64,000 bases of DNA, taken from positions 1,536,001-1,600,000 of the forward strand of contig CAVUCU010000001.1 in NCBI GenBank assembly GCA_963740085.1, written 5' to 3'. Within the stretch, counting starts at the first letter, position 1. The number at the start of each line of letters is the position of its first letter. Under the pieces are notes generated by a model that was given only the letters and a program-made list of their open reading frames with translations, was not told the origin of the DNA and made no database searches. This DNA comes from Nitrospirota bacterium. Lineage in GTDB: Bacteria; Nitrospirota; UBA9217. The translations under genes and the position numbers were made by a program. Of this stretch, positions 54,884 through 64,000 are shown in pieces.

Positions 54884-55613
54884 CTACGTCAACGGCGCTT
54901 TTTCGGCACGCCTTCTGCTTCCCGCGAGAAGATTGAGGGTTTCGACCATTCCGGAAAATCCCATCGCAAAGTAGATGTAGCCTTTGGGAATGTGGAACGC
55001 CAGGCCTTCCGCGATCAGCGTAACACCGACCATCAAGAGGAAGCTCAATGCCAGCATCTTGAGAGAGGGATGCTGGTGGATGTACGAGCTGATGACGCCC
55101 GAGGCAAGCAGCATGAGCATGAGCGCCAGGACCACCGCTGCGATCATGACCCCGGTCTGCTGCGCCATGCCGACGGCGGTTATCACCGAATCAAGCGAGA
55201 AGACGATATCCAGGAGAACGATCTGTACGATGATGGCGATAAAAGAATTTTTGCCCGTGATCGCAGGAACGTCCTCCTGCTTTCTCGAAAACGCCGTGGA
55301 TCTCGTGCGTCCCCTTCACCAGCAGGAAGAGCCCGCCGCCGATCATAATGAGATCCCGCACCGAGATTTGATTGTTCAGCACCGTAAAGAGCGGCGCCGT
55401 GAGGCTTGCCAGCCAGACGATCCCGAGCAGGAGCAGTATCCGCGTTATCAGCGCCAGACTGATGCCGATGGTCCGCGCCCTGGCCTGTTTTGCCAGCGGA
55501 AGTTTCTGGGCAAGGATCGAGATGATGACGATGTTGTCGATGCCCAGAATGATCTCAAGGACGGTCAATGTTGCAAGGCTGATCCAGATCTGTGAATCCG
55601 TTATCCATTCCAT
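54884..55613 (-). CDS. TerC family membrane protein (one frameshift near 55282)
   Basis: LEIILGIDN, GGLFLL.K...EI, then shifted-frame DIVFSLDSVITAVG, HP.LKMLAL.FL, KGYIYFAM.FS..VE.LN. Confidence 0.85.
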
Positions 55614-55675
55614 GAGGTCCCCTTCGGTGAACCGCGACCTAAACCCTGCAGACTCAGTCGAATCACAGAGAAACG

Positions 55676-57694
55676 CTATTGCTTCTCGATGACAAACAGC
55701 AGCTGACCTTCCTGGACCGTCTCGTTGAGCTTGAAGCAGAGTTCTGCGATCTGGCCGTTGATGGGCGCGAGGATCGAATTTTCCATCTTCATGGCCTCAA
55801 GGTTCGCGATCTCTTCTCCCTTGTGGACGATGTCGCCGACCTTGATGGGCCCGCGGTCGGGATTGCCGATCCTCCAGATGTTGCCGTTGATCGGGGCGCC
55901 CACATCGTTCGGGCCCTTTGCCATCCGGGTCTCGACCTTCCTGGCGCGCGGGGTCGCTACCGTGTACACCCTCGTCTTGTTGTTCACCCGCATCACCACG
56001 TGGACAAAGCCGTCGTGTTCGGAACCGATCGAAACGAGCTCCACGGAGTAGGGCTTGCCCCAGAGATCGAAGTTTACCCGGTCGCCCGGTTTTTTCAAGC
56101 CTTCTCGCCAGACGTCGGTGGGGAGGGCCAGCGGCGCGTCGCCGTACTGGTCGCGGAAGCCGATGTATTCCAGGGCGTCCTTCGGGTGCATGAGGTAAAG
56201 CACGAACTCCTCATCCGTCACGGTCCTGCCGAGGCTGTCCCCCAGTTCTTTTCTCAGTTTTTCGAGGTCGTCGTTGGCCACGGATTCGAGCGGCGACGTT
56301 TCCTTCCGTTCCCTGATCTTCGCGGTCCATTCCTCGCCAAACGTACTCTGGTATACCCAGTCCGCCGGCCAGCCAATCGGCAGCCTCCCGTAGTTGCCGA
56401 GCAGCAGGTTCTTGAAATCGCCCGGGGCGCTCCGGAAGAGCATCAGCAGCTCGTCCCGCTCGTCCTTCGACAGTGAACCGATGTCCTGCGCCTGTTCCTC
56501 GACGAACCTGACCATGAGCGCGATGACGTGCTTCACTCCCGCGTCGCCGCGCTCCTTGGCATAGCGGTTGATGATCCCGCTGCAGGTGACCCAGGTGATC
56601 TGGGACCCGGGCGTGACATCGAAGTATTTCACGATCCGGTTGTACAGTGACATAAGCTTCAGGACCGCGGGCATGAGGTGGAGGAACTCCGCCTTCTGCG
56701 CCTGCTCGAACGAGCTGGGGAACGCGCCCCCGGGCATCTTGTGGCGCGTGACCGTGTGGTCAAGCCCCTTGAAGGGCGACTCGGCCCACTCGTAGTGGCC
56801 GATCCAGTCGCGCACCTTCTGGACAGCGGCCTCGGCATGGGGCCGGCTGAGATGCACCGGGACCCCCATCTCCTCAAAGAGCGCATGGACCGCCAGGATG
56901 GGTGAATGGCCGTAGAAACGGACCAGGGAGTCCTCCTCCACATCAATGATCTGCGCGCCGGCCTTTGCGGCGGACAGCAGGGCAGGGATCGCCAGCCCGT
57001 CGGTAATATGCCGGTGATAGTTGATCACCAACGTGGGGTATTTCTGTTTTATGGCGCTGATCAGGTTGCCGATCCTCGTGACATCGCCGACGCCGGCCAT
57101 GTCCTTGACGCACAGGACGATCTCGTCAACGCCTGAGCACAGGTCAATGATGTCTTTCACGACCCGGAGATAGTATTCGTTCGTGGCCCAGTCCGCGGTG
57201 GTGAAGGAGATGGTCGGCTCGAAGACCCGTCCCCGCTTCATCACGACCTCGGCGACGGTGCGCATGTTCCGCACGTCGTTCAGGAAGGAGAAGCACCGCC
57301 AGATATCGATGTCCACCTGTCCCACGGCATACTCGATCACGTTTTTCGGGTAGGGGCGATAGCCCCAGAGGTTGGTCTCGCGGATCAGGGTCTGGAGCAG
57401 CACGTCCGGCATGAGCTCGCGGAGCAGGGCCGTCTCTTCGAACGGGCTTTCCCTCCGGTTCATGATGCCCACATGCCACCTGGCCCCGCCGTGGCACTCG
57501 GCGCTGAAGAGCCCCATGTGCTCATAGGAGGGGGCAAGGGTCTTCAGGTCATAGATGCGGTGGCGGTTCTTGAAGTCCGACTGGCCGGCGTCCCGCATCC
57601 CGACCGAGGTAAAGCAGACCTTGTTCAGCGCGCGAAGCGCCTGCACGATCTCTTTCGGCGACATCCCGGGTTTGACAAAAACAGTATCAGCCAT
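55676..57694 (-). CDS. pyruvate carboxylase-like subunit B (carboxyltransferase + biotin carrier)
   Basis: RDAGQS, KDMAG, HxH, MPGG, VTP.SQ, biotinylation EAMKMEN. Confidence 0.75.
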   Translation of the reverse strand: MADTVFVKPGMSPKEIVQALRALNKVCFTSVGMRDAGQSDFKNRHRIYDLKTLAPSYEHMGLFSAECHGGARWHVGIMNRRESPFEETALLRELMPDVLLQTLIRETNLWGYRPYPKNVIEYAVGQVDIDIWRCFSFLNDVRNMRTVAEVVMKRGRVFEPTISFTTADWATNEYYLRVVKDIIDLCSGVDEIVLCVKDMAGVGDVTRIGNLISAIKQKYPTLVINYHRHITDGLAIPALLSAAKAGAQIIDVEEDSLVRFYGHSPILAVHALFEEMGVPVHLSRPHAEAAVQKVRDWIGHYEWAESPFKGLDHTVTRHKMPGGAFPSSFEQAQKAEFLHLMPAVLKLMSLYNRIVKYFDVTPGSQITWVTCSGIINRYAKERGDAGVKHVIALMVRFVEEQAQDIGSLSKDERDELLMLFRSAPGDFKNLLLGNYGRLPIGWPADWVYQSTFGEEWTAKIRERKETSPLESVANDDLEKLRKELGDSLGRTVTDEEFVLYLMHPKDALEYIGFRDQYGDAPLALPTDVWREGLKKPGDRVNFDLWGKPYSVELVSIGSEHDGFVHVVMRVNNKTRVYTVATPRARKVETRMAKGPNDVGAPINGNIWRIGNPDRGPIKVGDIVHKGEEIANLEAMKMENSILAPINGQIAELCFKLNETVQEGQLLFVIEKQ

Positions 57695-57740
57695 GATTCT
57701 CCTTATGTGAACACGCTGGCAAGCTTGTTCGCAGCCCTCT

Positions 57741-59198
57741 TCACATCCATTTCTGCGGTCCCAGGGCCGAGATTTCGGCCACGTACCGTGCGATCTTAAG
57801 CACCTCGTCTTCGCTGTTTCGCTCGCGGAACTTGGAGATCAACTCATCCATGTGCTCCTCGATGAACCGTGTGGAAAAATCTCCGGATATGAACGACGGG
57901 TGCCGGATGATGCTGAGCAAGAGGGGCTGCAGCGTCTTTACGCCCTCGACCCTGAGGTTCCTGCCGAGCGAGCGGTCCATTACCTGTATCGCGTCTTTCC
58001 GGTCCGCGCCGGCGGTCATGAGCAGCATGAACAGCGAATCATAATAGGGCGGGATGTCCCCGCCCTCATACACGCCCGAGGCCACGCGCACATTCGGGCC
58101 CATCGGCACCTGCAGCCGGGTGATCGCGCCGAAGGAGGGGCTGAAGCTCTTCGGGTCCTCCGCATTGATCCGGACCTCGAGCGCCCACCGGTTGGGACGG
58201 ATGGTGGTCTGCTTGAACGGCAGCTTCTTGCCCAGGGCCACGTCGATCATGATGCCCACGATATCGAGGCCGGTGATCAGTTCCGTGATGCCGTGCTCCA
58301 CCTGCAGCCGGGTGTTGACCTCGAGGAAATAGAACTTCCTGGTCGCGGAATCGAAAATATATTCCACGGTACCCGCGGAGGTATAGCCGATCTCGCGCAT
58401 CAGGCGCGTCGCAGAAAAACAGATCTCCTGGCGCAGCCCGTCGTCGAGGCTCGGGGACGGCGCTTCTTCGATGATCTTCTGGTTCCTCCGCTGGATCGTG
58501 CACTCCCGCTCATAGAGATGGATCACATTGCCGTGCTCGTCAGCGACGATCTGGACCTCGATATGACGCCCCCGTTCGATATACTTCTCAACCAGTATGG
58601 TCTCGTCGCCAAAGGACTTCCTTGCCTCGGAACGGGCCCGCGCCAGGCCCTGCGCCAGATCCCCGTCGTTCTCGACCTTGACCATTCCTTTTCCGCCCCC
58701 GCCTGCCGAGGCCTTGATCATGATCGGATAGGCAACCCCGTCCTTTTTCATCCAGGTCTTGATCTGCTCGATGTCCGTGACCGCGTCGATTCCCGGGATG
58801 GTCGGCACATTGGCCTTCCTCGCCAGTGCTTTCGCCTCGATCTTGTCCCCCAGCATGCGGATGACCGCGGGCGACGGACCGATCCATATCAGCCCGGCAT
58901 CCATCACTTTCTGCGCGAACTCGGCGTTCTCCGCCAGAAAACCCCAACCCGGATGGATGGCGTCCGACCTGCTTTGCAGCGCGGCATTGATCATCTTGTC
59001 CATGTTGAGATAGGATTCACTCGGCGGCGCGTCGCCGATATGTACGGCCTCGTCCGCCATGAACACGTGATGGGCAAGACGGTCGGGGTCGCTGTATACC
59101 GCGGTGGTGGGGATCTTGCGGTCCCGGCACGTGTGCATGACCCGGACCGCGGGAACGCCCCGGTTCGCGATCAGGATCTTCTTGATCGTTCTCTTCAT
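57741..59198 (-). CDS. biotin carboxylase (pyruvate carboxylase subunit A-like)
   Basis: KILIANRG, IHPG.GFLAEN, KA..GGGGKG, ERECTIQRRNQK, EVNTRLQVEH, YYDS. Confidence 0.9.
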   Translation of the reverse strand: MKRTIKKILIANRGVPAVRVMHTCRDRKIPTTAVYSDPDRLAHHVFMADEAVHIGDAPPSESYLNMDKMINAALQSRSDAIHPGWGFLAENAEFAQKVMDAGLIWIGPSPAVIRMLGDKIEAKALARKANVPTIPGIDAVTDIEQIKTWMKKDGVAYPIMIKASAGGGGKGMVKVENDGDLAQGLARARSEARKSFGDETILVEKYIERGRHIEVQIVADEHGNVIHLYERECTIQRRNQKIIEEAPSPSLDDGLRQEICFSATRLMREIGYTSAGTVEYIFDSATRKFYFLEVNTRLQVEHGITELITGLDIVGIMIDVALGKKLPFKQTTIRPNRWALEVRINAEDPKSFSPSFGAITRLQVPMGPNVRVASGVYEGGDIPPYYDSLFMLLMTAGADRKDAIQVMDRSLGRNLRVEGVKTLQPLLLSIIRHPSFISGDFSTRFIEEHMDELISKFRERNSEDEVLKIARYVAEISALGPQKWM

Positions 59199-59331
59199 TG
59201 GGGTCTCCTGTACTCTTCGGTAAATCCCGTTAGAGAATGATTTCTCTAACAGTCGTGGATCGTGGCTTCGGATGTTGTTCCAAGGCATGCGATATCAGCC
59301 GCCGGCAGAATGCCGCATTCCCTCATGGGGT

Positions 59332-59498
59332 AAAAAAAACCTTTACCCGATGAAGAAGGATGCATTCCTGTTCACCCTGGTAAAGGTCTCGATTGTCAAG
59401 CTTCCCCGGTCAGGAGTGTTATGGGCGGCAAAACAGCATTCGGTCCAAAACCGCCGCCACTCCTGTGTTCGTCCCTGCTCATTCCAGGGTGAATCTCA
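59332..59498 (-). promoter_or_regulatory. candidate riboswitch/attenuator leader with intrinsic terminator
   Basis: 10-bp stem (59484-59493 with 59371-59380) overlapping the 5' arm of terminator CCTTTACC...GGTAAAGG-T8; TTGACA at 59522-59527. Confidence 0.6.
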
Positions 59499-59621
59499 TA
59501 TTATTTGAGAAGACCGCTCGTTGTCAAGTTATTATTACTTCGACCGACGGGATTGTTGCTTCGCCGGCCCGCCTCAATAAACGATGGTACCCTTCCCCGT
59601 CTTAATCTGGTATAATCAAAT

Positions 59622-61244
59622 ATGCAAATCATCCGATACCAGGTCAGATTTTTTCGGGGTGTTGCCCTTTTTCTCCGGATACTTCTGAGCTATAAGTTTT
59701 TCTCATTCAGAAATACCTTTGCCTCCCCGGCTGCGCGAAAAGAACGGCTCAAACGGTTGCACGCGGAAAACGCCTTTGTGCTGCGCGAGCGCATGATCGA
59801 GATGCGCGGCGTTCTGATCAAGATAGGCCAGTTCCTGTCCTCGCGCGTGGACATCCTTCCGGAGGAGTACACGACGGAGTTGTCCAAGCTCCAGGACCAC
59901 GTGCCCCCCGCGGACCTCGCGCAGATCATGAAGCGGGTCATCGAGGAGATCGGCCCGCCGGAGGACGTGTTTGCGTCTTTTGATGAGACGCCCATTGCCT
60001 CGGCCTCGCTCGGGCAGGTGCATCGCGCCACTCTCAAGAGCGGCGAGCATATTGCGGTCAAGGTCCAGTATCCCGGCATCGAAGAAGTGATCGCGGCGGA
60101 TATCCGTACGTTCCGCTTCATCATAAAGCTTCTCAAGGTCTTCTACCGGCGCATCAATCTCGACGTCATCTACTCCGAATTCTCCCGCATTATCCACGAA
60201 GAGCTGGACTATATCCAGGAAGGAAAGAACGCGGCGGCCTTTGCCAGAAACTTTGCCGATAATCCGAAGATCAGAATTCCCGCAGTATACTGGCAGTTCA
60301 CCACGTCCAAGGTACTGACGCTCGAATATCTCGACGGCGCCAAGATCACGGATTTCGATTCCATTGACGCGCTCGGGATCGACCGGAAAGAGGTGGCGCG
60401 GGCCCTTGCCGAGGCATTTTGTCATATGTTCTTCACCGACGGTCTGTACCACGGCGATCCTCATCCCGGCAATATCTTCGTCCGCCCCGGCCCCGAGATC
60501 GTCCTCGTTGATTTCGGCATGGTGGACCGCATCTCGACCCCGAAAAAGGAAGGGCTCAAACGCGCCTTTACCGCGATCATGGAGCGAGACAGCCTGGGGC
60601 TCGTCCGGGCGCTCGTGGATATGGGGTTCATCCCGCTGACCCGGAATCTTCAACCCCTGGTTCAGTTCGTGGACAGGATTTTCGTGAAATACCGCGACAT
60701 CTCGCCCAGCGAGTTCAAGGCCATGGACATCGAAGAAATGGGAAACGATATCATGGAGGCCCTCCGGCTCAGCCCCTCGATCCAGATCCCGAACGACTTC
60801 ATCCTGTTCGGCAGGGTCATGGGCATGCTGAACGGTCTCGGGTCTCAGCTCGATCCCGATACCAATATCATTGAGATCGCGACGCCCTTTGCCAAGCGCT
60901 TTATCATGGCCGAGGAGATGTCGGCAACCGCCATCTTCGGACATGCAGGCGTTACCGCCCGCGCGCTGGTGAGACTGCCGAAGCTGTTGTCCGATTTTCT
61001 GGTGTCCACGGGTCGGAACGAAATGCGGGTGGAGGTCACTTCGCGGGACGTCGTGGGGGAGCTCATCATCCTCTCGCGCATCGGCAAGGGCATGATCCTC
61101 GCGTTTCTCACCGTGGGGGCGGGCCTGGCCGCGGTCATGCTCCGGATCAATCATTTTAACACAGAGGCCGCCTGGTTGACGGCCGTCTGCGCCATCTTTT
61201 TAATCAGGATCTTTATGCTCATCCGCCGTTCAAGACGGCCGTGA
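59622..61244 (+). CDS. ABC1/UbiB (AarF) family kinase
   Basis: IK.GQ.LS.R.D, LQD.VP, PIASASLGQVH.A, VKVQYP, ELDY..E, HGDPHPGN, DFGM. Confidence 0.9.
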   Translation: MQIIRYQVRFFRGVALFLRILLSYKFFSFRNTFASPAARKERLKRLHAENAFVLRERMIEMRGVLIKIGQFLSSRVDILPEEYTTELSKLQDHVPPADLAQIMKRVIEEIGPPEDVFASFDETPIASASLGQVHRATLKSGEHIAVKVQYPGIEEVIAADIRTFRFIIKLLKVFYRRINLDVIYSEFSRIIHEELDYIQEGKNAAAFARNFADNPKIRIPAVYWQFTTSKVLTLEYLDGAKITDFDSIDALGIDRKEVARALAEAFCHMFFTDGLYHGDPHPGNIFVRPGPEIVLVDFGMVDRISTPKKEGLKRAFTAIMERDSLGLVRALVDMGFIPLTRNLQPLVQFVDRIFVKYRDISPSEFKAMDIEEMGNDIMEALRLSPSIQIPNDFILFGRVMGMLNGLGSQLDPDTNIIEIATPFAKRFIMAEEMSATAIFGHAGVTARALVRLPKLLSDFLVSTGRNEMRVEVTSRDVVGELIILSRIGKGMILAFLTVGAGLAAVMLRINHFNTEAAWLTAVCAIFLIRIFMLIRRSRRP

Positions 61245-61350
61245 TCCCTCTGCAGTTCATTCGTCCCGATTCTTCATGCAATGCCCCCGGGCTTAAATCG
61301 GCATTCTTCGCCATCATGAAATCTGATGAAATCGCAACAGGTCGAATTTA

Positions 61351-61421
61351 ACCGCTGAGACGCTGAGGCGCAGAGAAAATCCTTATTATCTTTAATAGGT
61401 ATTTCTCCGTGTCTCCGCGGT
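61351..61421. repeat. CGCAGAG/CTCCGCG-type palindromic intergenic element
   Basis: ACCGCTGAGACGCTGAGGCGCAGAG ... CTCCGTGTCTCCGCGGT. Confidence 0.5.
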
Positions 61422-61478
61422 AGATAAAGCCTTTTATCGTTGTAGGGAGTTTAGTTGAAGCTTAGCGGAGGGGAAGGG

Positions 61479-62258
61479 TTATCGTACGGTAAAGACCTCT
61501 GTCGCCTGGTAGCGGTCGGCCACATACAGCGTGAGATTTCCGGAAGTGATCTCGCGGTGGGTCTTGAGCGCTACGTCGGGGTGGTTGTTCTCTTCAGAGA
61601 GGTGAGAGAGACATGCCCACTGGAGGCGCTTTTCCGCGGAGGCGCGGTGCAGAAGTTCCGCGGCCTCGAGGTTCGAGATGTGTCCGTGCGGCCCCCTGAT
61701 GCGCTGCTTGAGGAAGGCCGGGTACGGGCCTGCGGCGAGCATATCCGGATCATAGTTGCTCTCGAGGAAGACCGCATCGAGGGACGCCACGATCCGGGTG
61801 AGGTCCTTGAACACGTGCCCGAGGTCGGTCATCACGCCGAGCCGTTTTTCCCCTGCTTCGACCACGAAGACGGAGCCGTCCACGCCGTCATGGGGCGTGG
61901 GGATGGCGTGCACGAGAACCTCACCGAACCTGATCTTGTCGCAGGCCCGGAAGCTGCGCACGTCGGAAAGCTTTCCGAGGTTGCATCGCGCAGCCGCCGC
62001 CGCGAGCGTCGCCGGGGTAACGTAGATCGGAATGCCGAATTTTCGCTGGTACACACCCGCATGCCGGATGTGGTCGCCGTGATCATGGGAGATGATAACG
62101 GCGTTTACCTTCCGGATGTCCCGGCCGTGGGCGGCAAGCCGCTCCTGAGCCTGTATGCCGGTGATCCCTGCGTCGATCAGCAGTCTGACGCCCCCGGCCT
62201 CGACATAAATGCAATTTCCGCTGCTGCCCGACTGAAGTGAAATTGCGATCATGCTCAT
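61479..62258 (-). CDS. MBL-fold metallohydrolase (YycJ/PhnP-like)
   Basis: SGSSGN, LIDAG, SHDHGDH, PHD, TDLG, ESNYD, GH.SN, HLS.ENN. Confidence 0.9.
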   Translation of the reverse strand: MSMIAISLQSGSSGNCIYVEAGGVRLLIDAGITGIQAQERLAAHGRDIRKVNAVIISHDHGDHIRHAGVYQRKFGIPIYVTPATLAAAAARCNLGKLSDVRSFRACDKIRFGEVLVHAIPTPHDGVDGSVFVVEAGEKRLGVMTDLGHVFKDLTRIVASLDAVFLESNYDPDMLAAGPYPAFLKQRIRGPHGHISNLEAAELLHRASAEKRLQWACLSHLSEENNHPDVALKTHREITSGNLTLYVADRYQATEVFTVR

Positions 62259-62393
62259 AGTGAAAACACTCTAACAGTCCTCCCCGGGCTTGTCAACGTG
62301 AAAGAGTGCTCTCTCAATATAAACTTGAGTGCGGCTTTCATTTTCTCTATAATGGTCTTAACCAGGATAAACCGGAACAAAAAGGGCGTCTAA

Positions 62394-62509
62394 CTCGCAG
62401 AGCACGCGGAGGACGCAAAGTTAAATAAAAATCATTTCATTCTCTTAGTTTTAATCGGGAACATTTTTATTGAGCTGTTCGCTGCGTAACTGTCTGCGCC
62501 TCTGCGAGA
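62394..62509. repeat. CGCAGAG/CTCTGCG-type palindromic intergenic element
   Basis: CTCGCAGAGCACGCGGAGGACGCAAAG ... CTGCGTAACTGTCTGCGCCTCTGCGAG. Confidence 0.5.
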
Positions 62510-62540
62510 GAAAGTTTTTCGCAGTTGTATTCCATTGCAC

Positions 62541-63278
62541 ATGAGACCTCTTCTCGACAATATCAGCATTGTGCTCGTGGACACAAAGACGCCGGGAAAC
62601 ATCGGCGCCGCGGCCCGATGCATGATGAACATGGGCCTGAGCCGGTTGATCCTCGTGGACCCGCCAAAGGACAAAGATCAGGATGCCCGCAAGCTTGCCG
62701 CGGGCGCCGATGAGATCATCGAGAAGGCGGAGGTGTTTCCCGCGCTTGCCGCGGCCCTTGCCGACCAGGGGTTCGTCATCGGGACATCGAGGCATGCGGG
62801 CAGACAGCGCAAAAACATCCGAACGCCCCGAGAAATGGCTGAGCAGGTGATCCCGATTCTCTCGAAGAACCGAGTGGCGATCATATTCGGAAATGAAGTG
62901 AACGGGCTGGAAAACAGCGAACTCGCCCTCTGTCATGAGATCGTAGCCATTCCGTCGTCGGACGCATTTCCGTCACTGAACCTCTCTCACGCGGTCATGA
63001 TAATCGCCTATGAACTTTTTTTGGCATCGGGCGTGTATGCAGGCCACGTGGCAGGGCCGCTCGCGCCCCTTGATGAGACCGAGGGTTTTTTTCTCCAATT
63101 ACAGGAAACCCTTCAAACGATCGGATTTCTTGAACGCGACCACCCCGAACGAATGATGTTCTCGCTCAGGCAGCTCTTCGGCAGGGCACGGATGAACAGC
63201 AGGGATGTCAGCATCCTGCGGGGAATTTTGAGTACCATCGAGAGAGACTCCCGCTCAAAATTCGAAAAGGAGGGGTAA
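62541..63278 (+). CDS. trmJ: TrmJ/TrmH family SPOUT RNA methyltransferase
   Basis: PGNIGAAAR.M.NMG...L.LV.P, FG.E..GL.N.EL, SLNLSHAV. Confidence 0.85.
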   Translation: MRPLLDNISIVLVDTKTPGNIGAAARCMMNMGLSRLILVDPPKDKDQDARKLAAGADEIIEKAEVFPALAAALADQGFVIGTSRHAGRQRKNIRTPREMAEQVIPILSKNRVAIIFGNEVNGLENSELALCHEIVAIPSSDAFPSLNLSHAVMIIAYELFLASGVYAGHVAGPLAPLDETEGFFLQLQETLQTIGFLERDHPERMMFSLRQLFGRARMNSRDVSILRGILSTIERDSRSKFEKEG

Positions 63279-63400
63279 GTGCTCAATGGAGACAGCGAAT
63301 AATTATAGAAAAACGCGGTTCATGACCGCAAGGGGTTCAACGGTAGACCTCATTCACGTGTGTTGGCGGCGTTTTTCCGGTAATGGCTATAATAGATTGA

Positions 63401-64000
63401 TCAATCCGCCTGCCGCCTGAGGAAGGTGGGTTTGTCCAGGTCCTCACCGTCAATGCCGAACGATTCATTCCTGAAATCAAATGCCTCCTGTTTTCGCTTC
63501 GGCTTTTCCAGAGACGCCCTGAACTCCTTGAAGTTCGCCACCGGCTTTTTGATGCGGTCGCGCACGCCCTCCTCGTCGAATCCCGTCGCGATCACCGTCA
63601 CCATGATCTCCTCGCTCATGACGGGGTTGATCACGGCGCCGAAGATGATGTTCGCGCCCGGATCAACCTCTTCTTTGATGATCGCCGTCGCCTCGCTCAG
63701 CTCATTGATCCCGAGGTCATTGCCTGCGGTGATGTTGATGAGGACGCCGCGGGCGCCCTTGATGGAACCGTCTTCCAGCAGCGGACTCGCGATCGCCTGC
63801 TGTGCGGCATCCGCGGCCCGGGTCTCCCCGCGGCCGATTCCGGTGCCCATGACCGCCCTGCCGCGGCTCGACATCACGGTCCTGACGTCGGCAAAATCAA
63901 CATTGACGTAGCCAGGCACCATCACCACATCGGATATTCCCTTGACCGCCTGGCAGAGTACGCTGTCGGCGAGCAGGAAGGAATCGAGCAGCGTGGTCCT
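63401..64000 (-). CDS. ftsZ: cell division protein FtsZ, 3' part
   Basis: PG..NVDFADV, A.MG.G, SPLL, GA.GVL.NIT, IIFG, VIATGF, C-terminal D.PTFLRRQAD. Confidence 0.95.
   Translation of the reverse strand, partial: RTTLLDSFLLADSVLCQAVKGISDVVMVPGYVNVDFADVRTVMSSRGRAVMGTGIGRGETRAADAAQQAIASPLLEDGSIKGARGVLINITAGNDLGINELSEATAIIKEEVDPGANIIFGAVINPVMSEEIMVTVIATGFDEEGVRDRIKKPVANFKEFRASLEKPKRKQEAFDFRNESFGIDGEDLDKPTFLRRQAD

Overview
GC-rich bacterial chromosome segment spanning the replication-origin region. The gene repertoire (MglAB, four-subunit POR, two-subunit pyruvate carboxylase, ResB/CcsA, Slp pair, DsrE/TusA) suggests an anaerobic Nitrospirota/Desulfobacterota-like organism; this is inference only. 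Left part: redox/stress genes, a lipoprotein di-heme cytochrome with TSP1-like repeats beside tRNA-Asn, mglBA, porGDAB, and the core run dnaA-dnaN-gyrB-gyrA-TPR-serS-tRNA(Ser x4, Arg)-tadA-ffs-dnaX-ybaB-recR. A DnaA-box/DnaA-trio/AT-rich unwinding element lies about 2.2 kb upstream of dnaA, beyond tusA-dsrE2-hisI-hinT. Right part: mnmA, cytochrome c biogenesis, hup, ftsH, CBS-pyrophosphatase, K+ channel, glgP, and a lower-GC island (about 47.8-52.9 kb). The island holds attC-like hairpins, a broken CapRel-like toxSAS split by an intact IS30, a RAYT remnant and a DUF433/DUF5615 TA pair. It is followed by rnj, terC, pycB/pycA (preceded by a candidate riboswitch-like attenuator), an ABC1 kinase, an MBL hydrolase, trmJ and partial ftsZ. 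Several families of short-period palindromic intergenic repeats occur, notably a 9-mer-based one upstream of every tRNA-Ser. All calls come from reading the sequence by eye; no searches were run.
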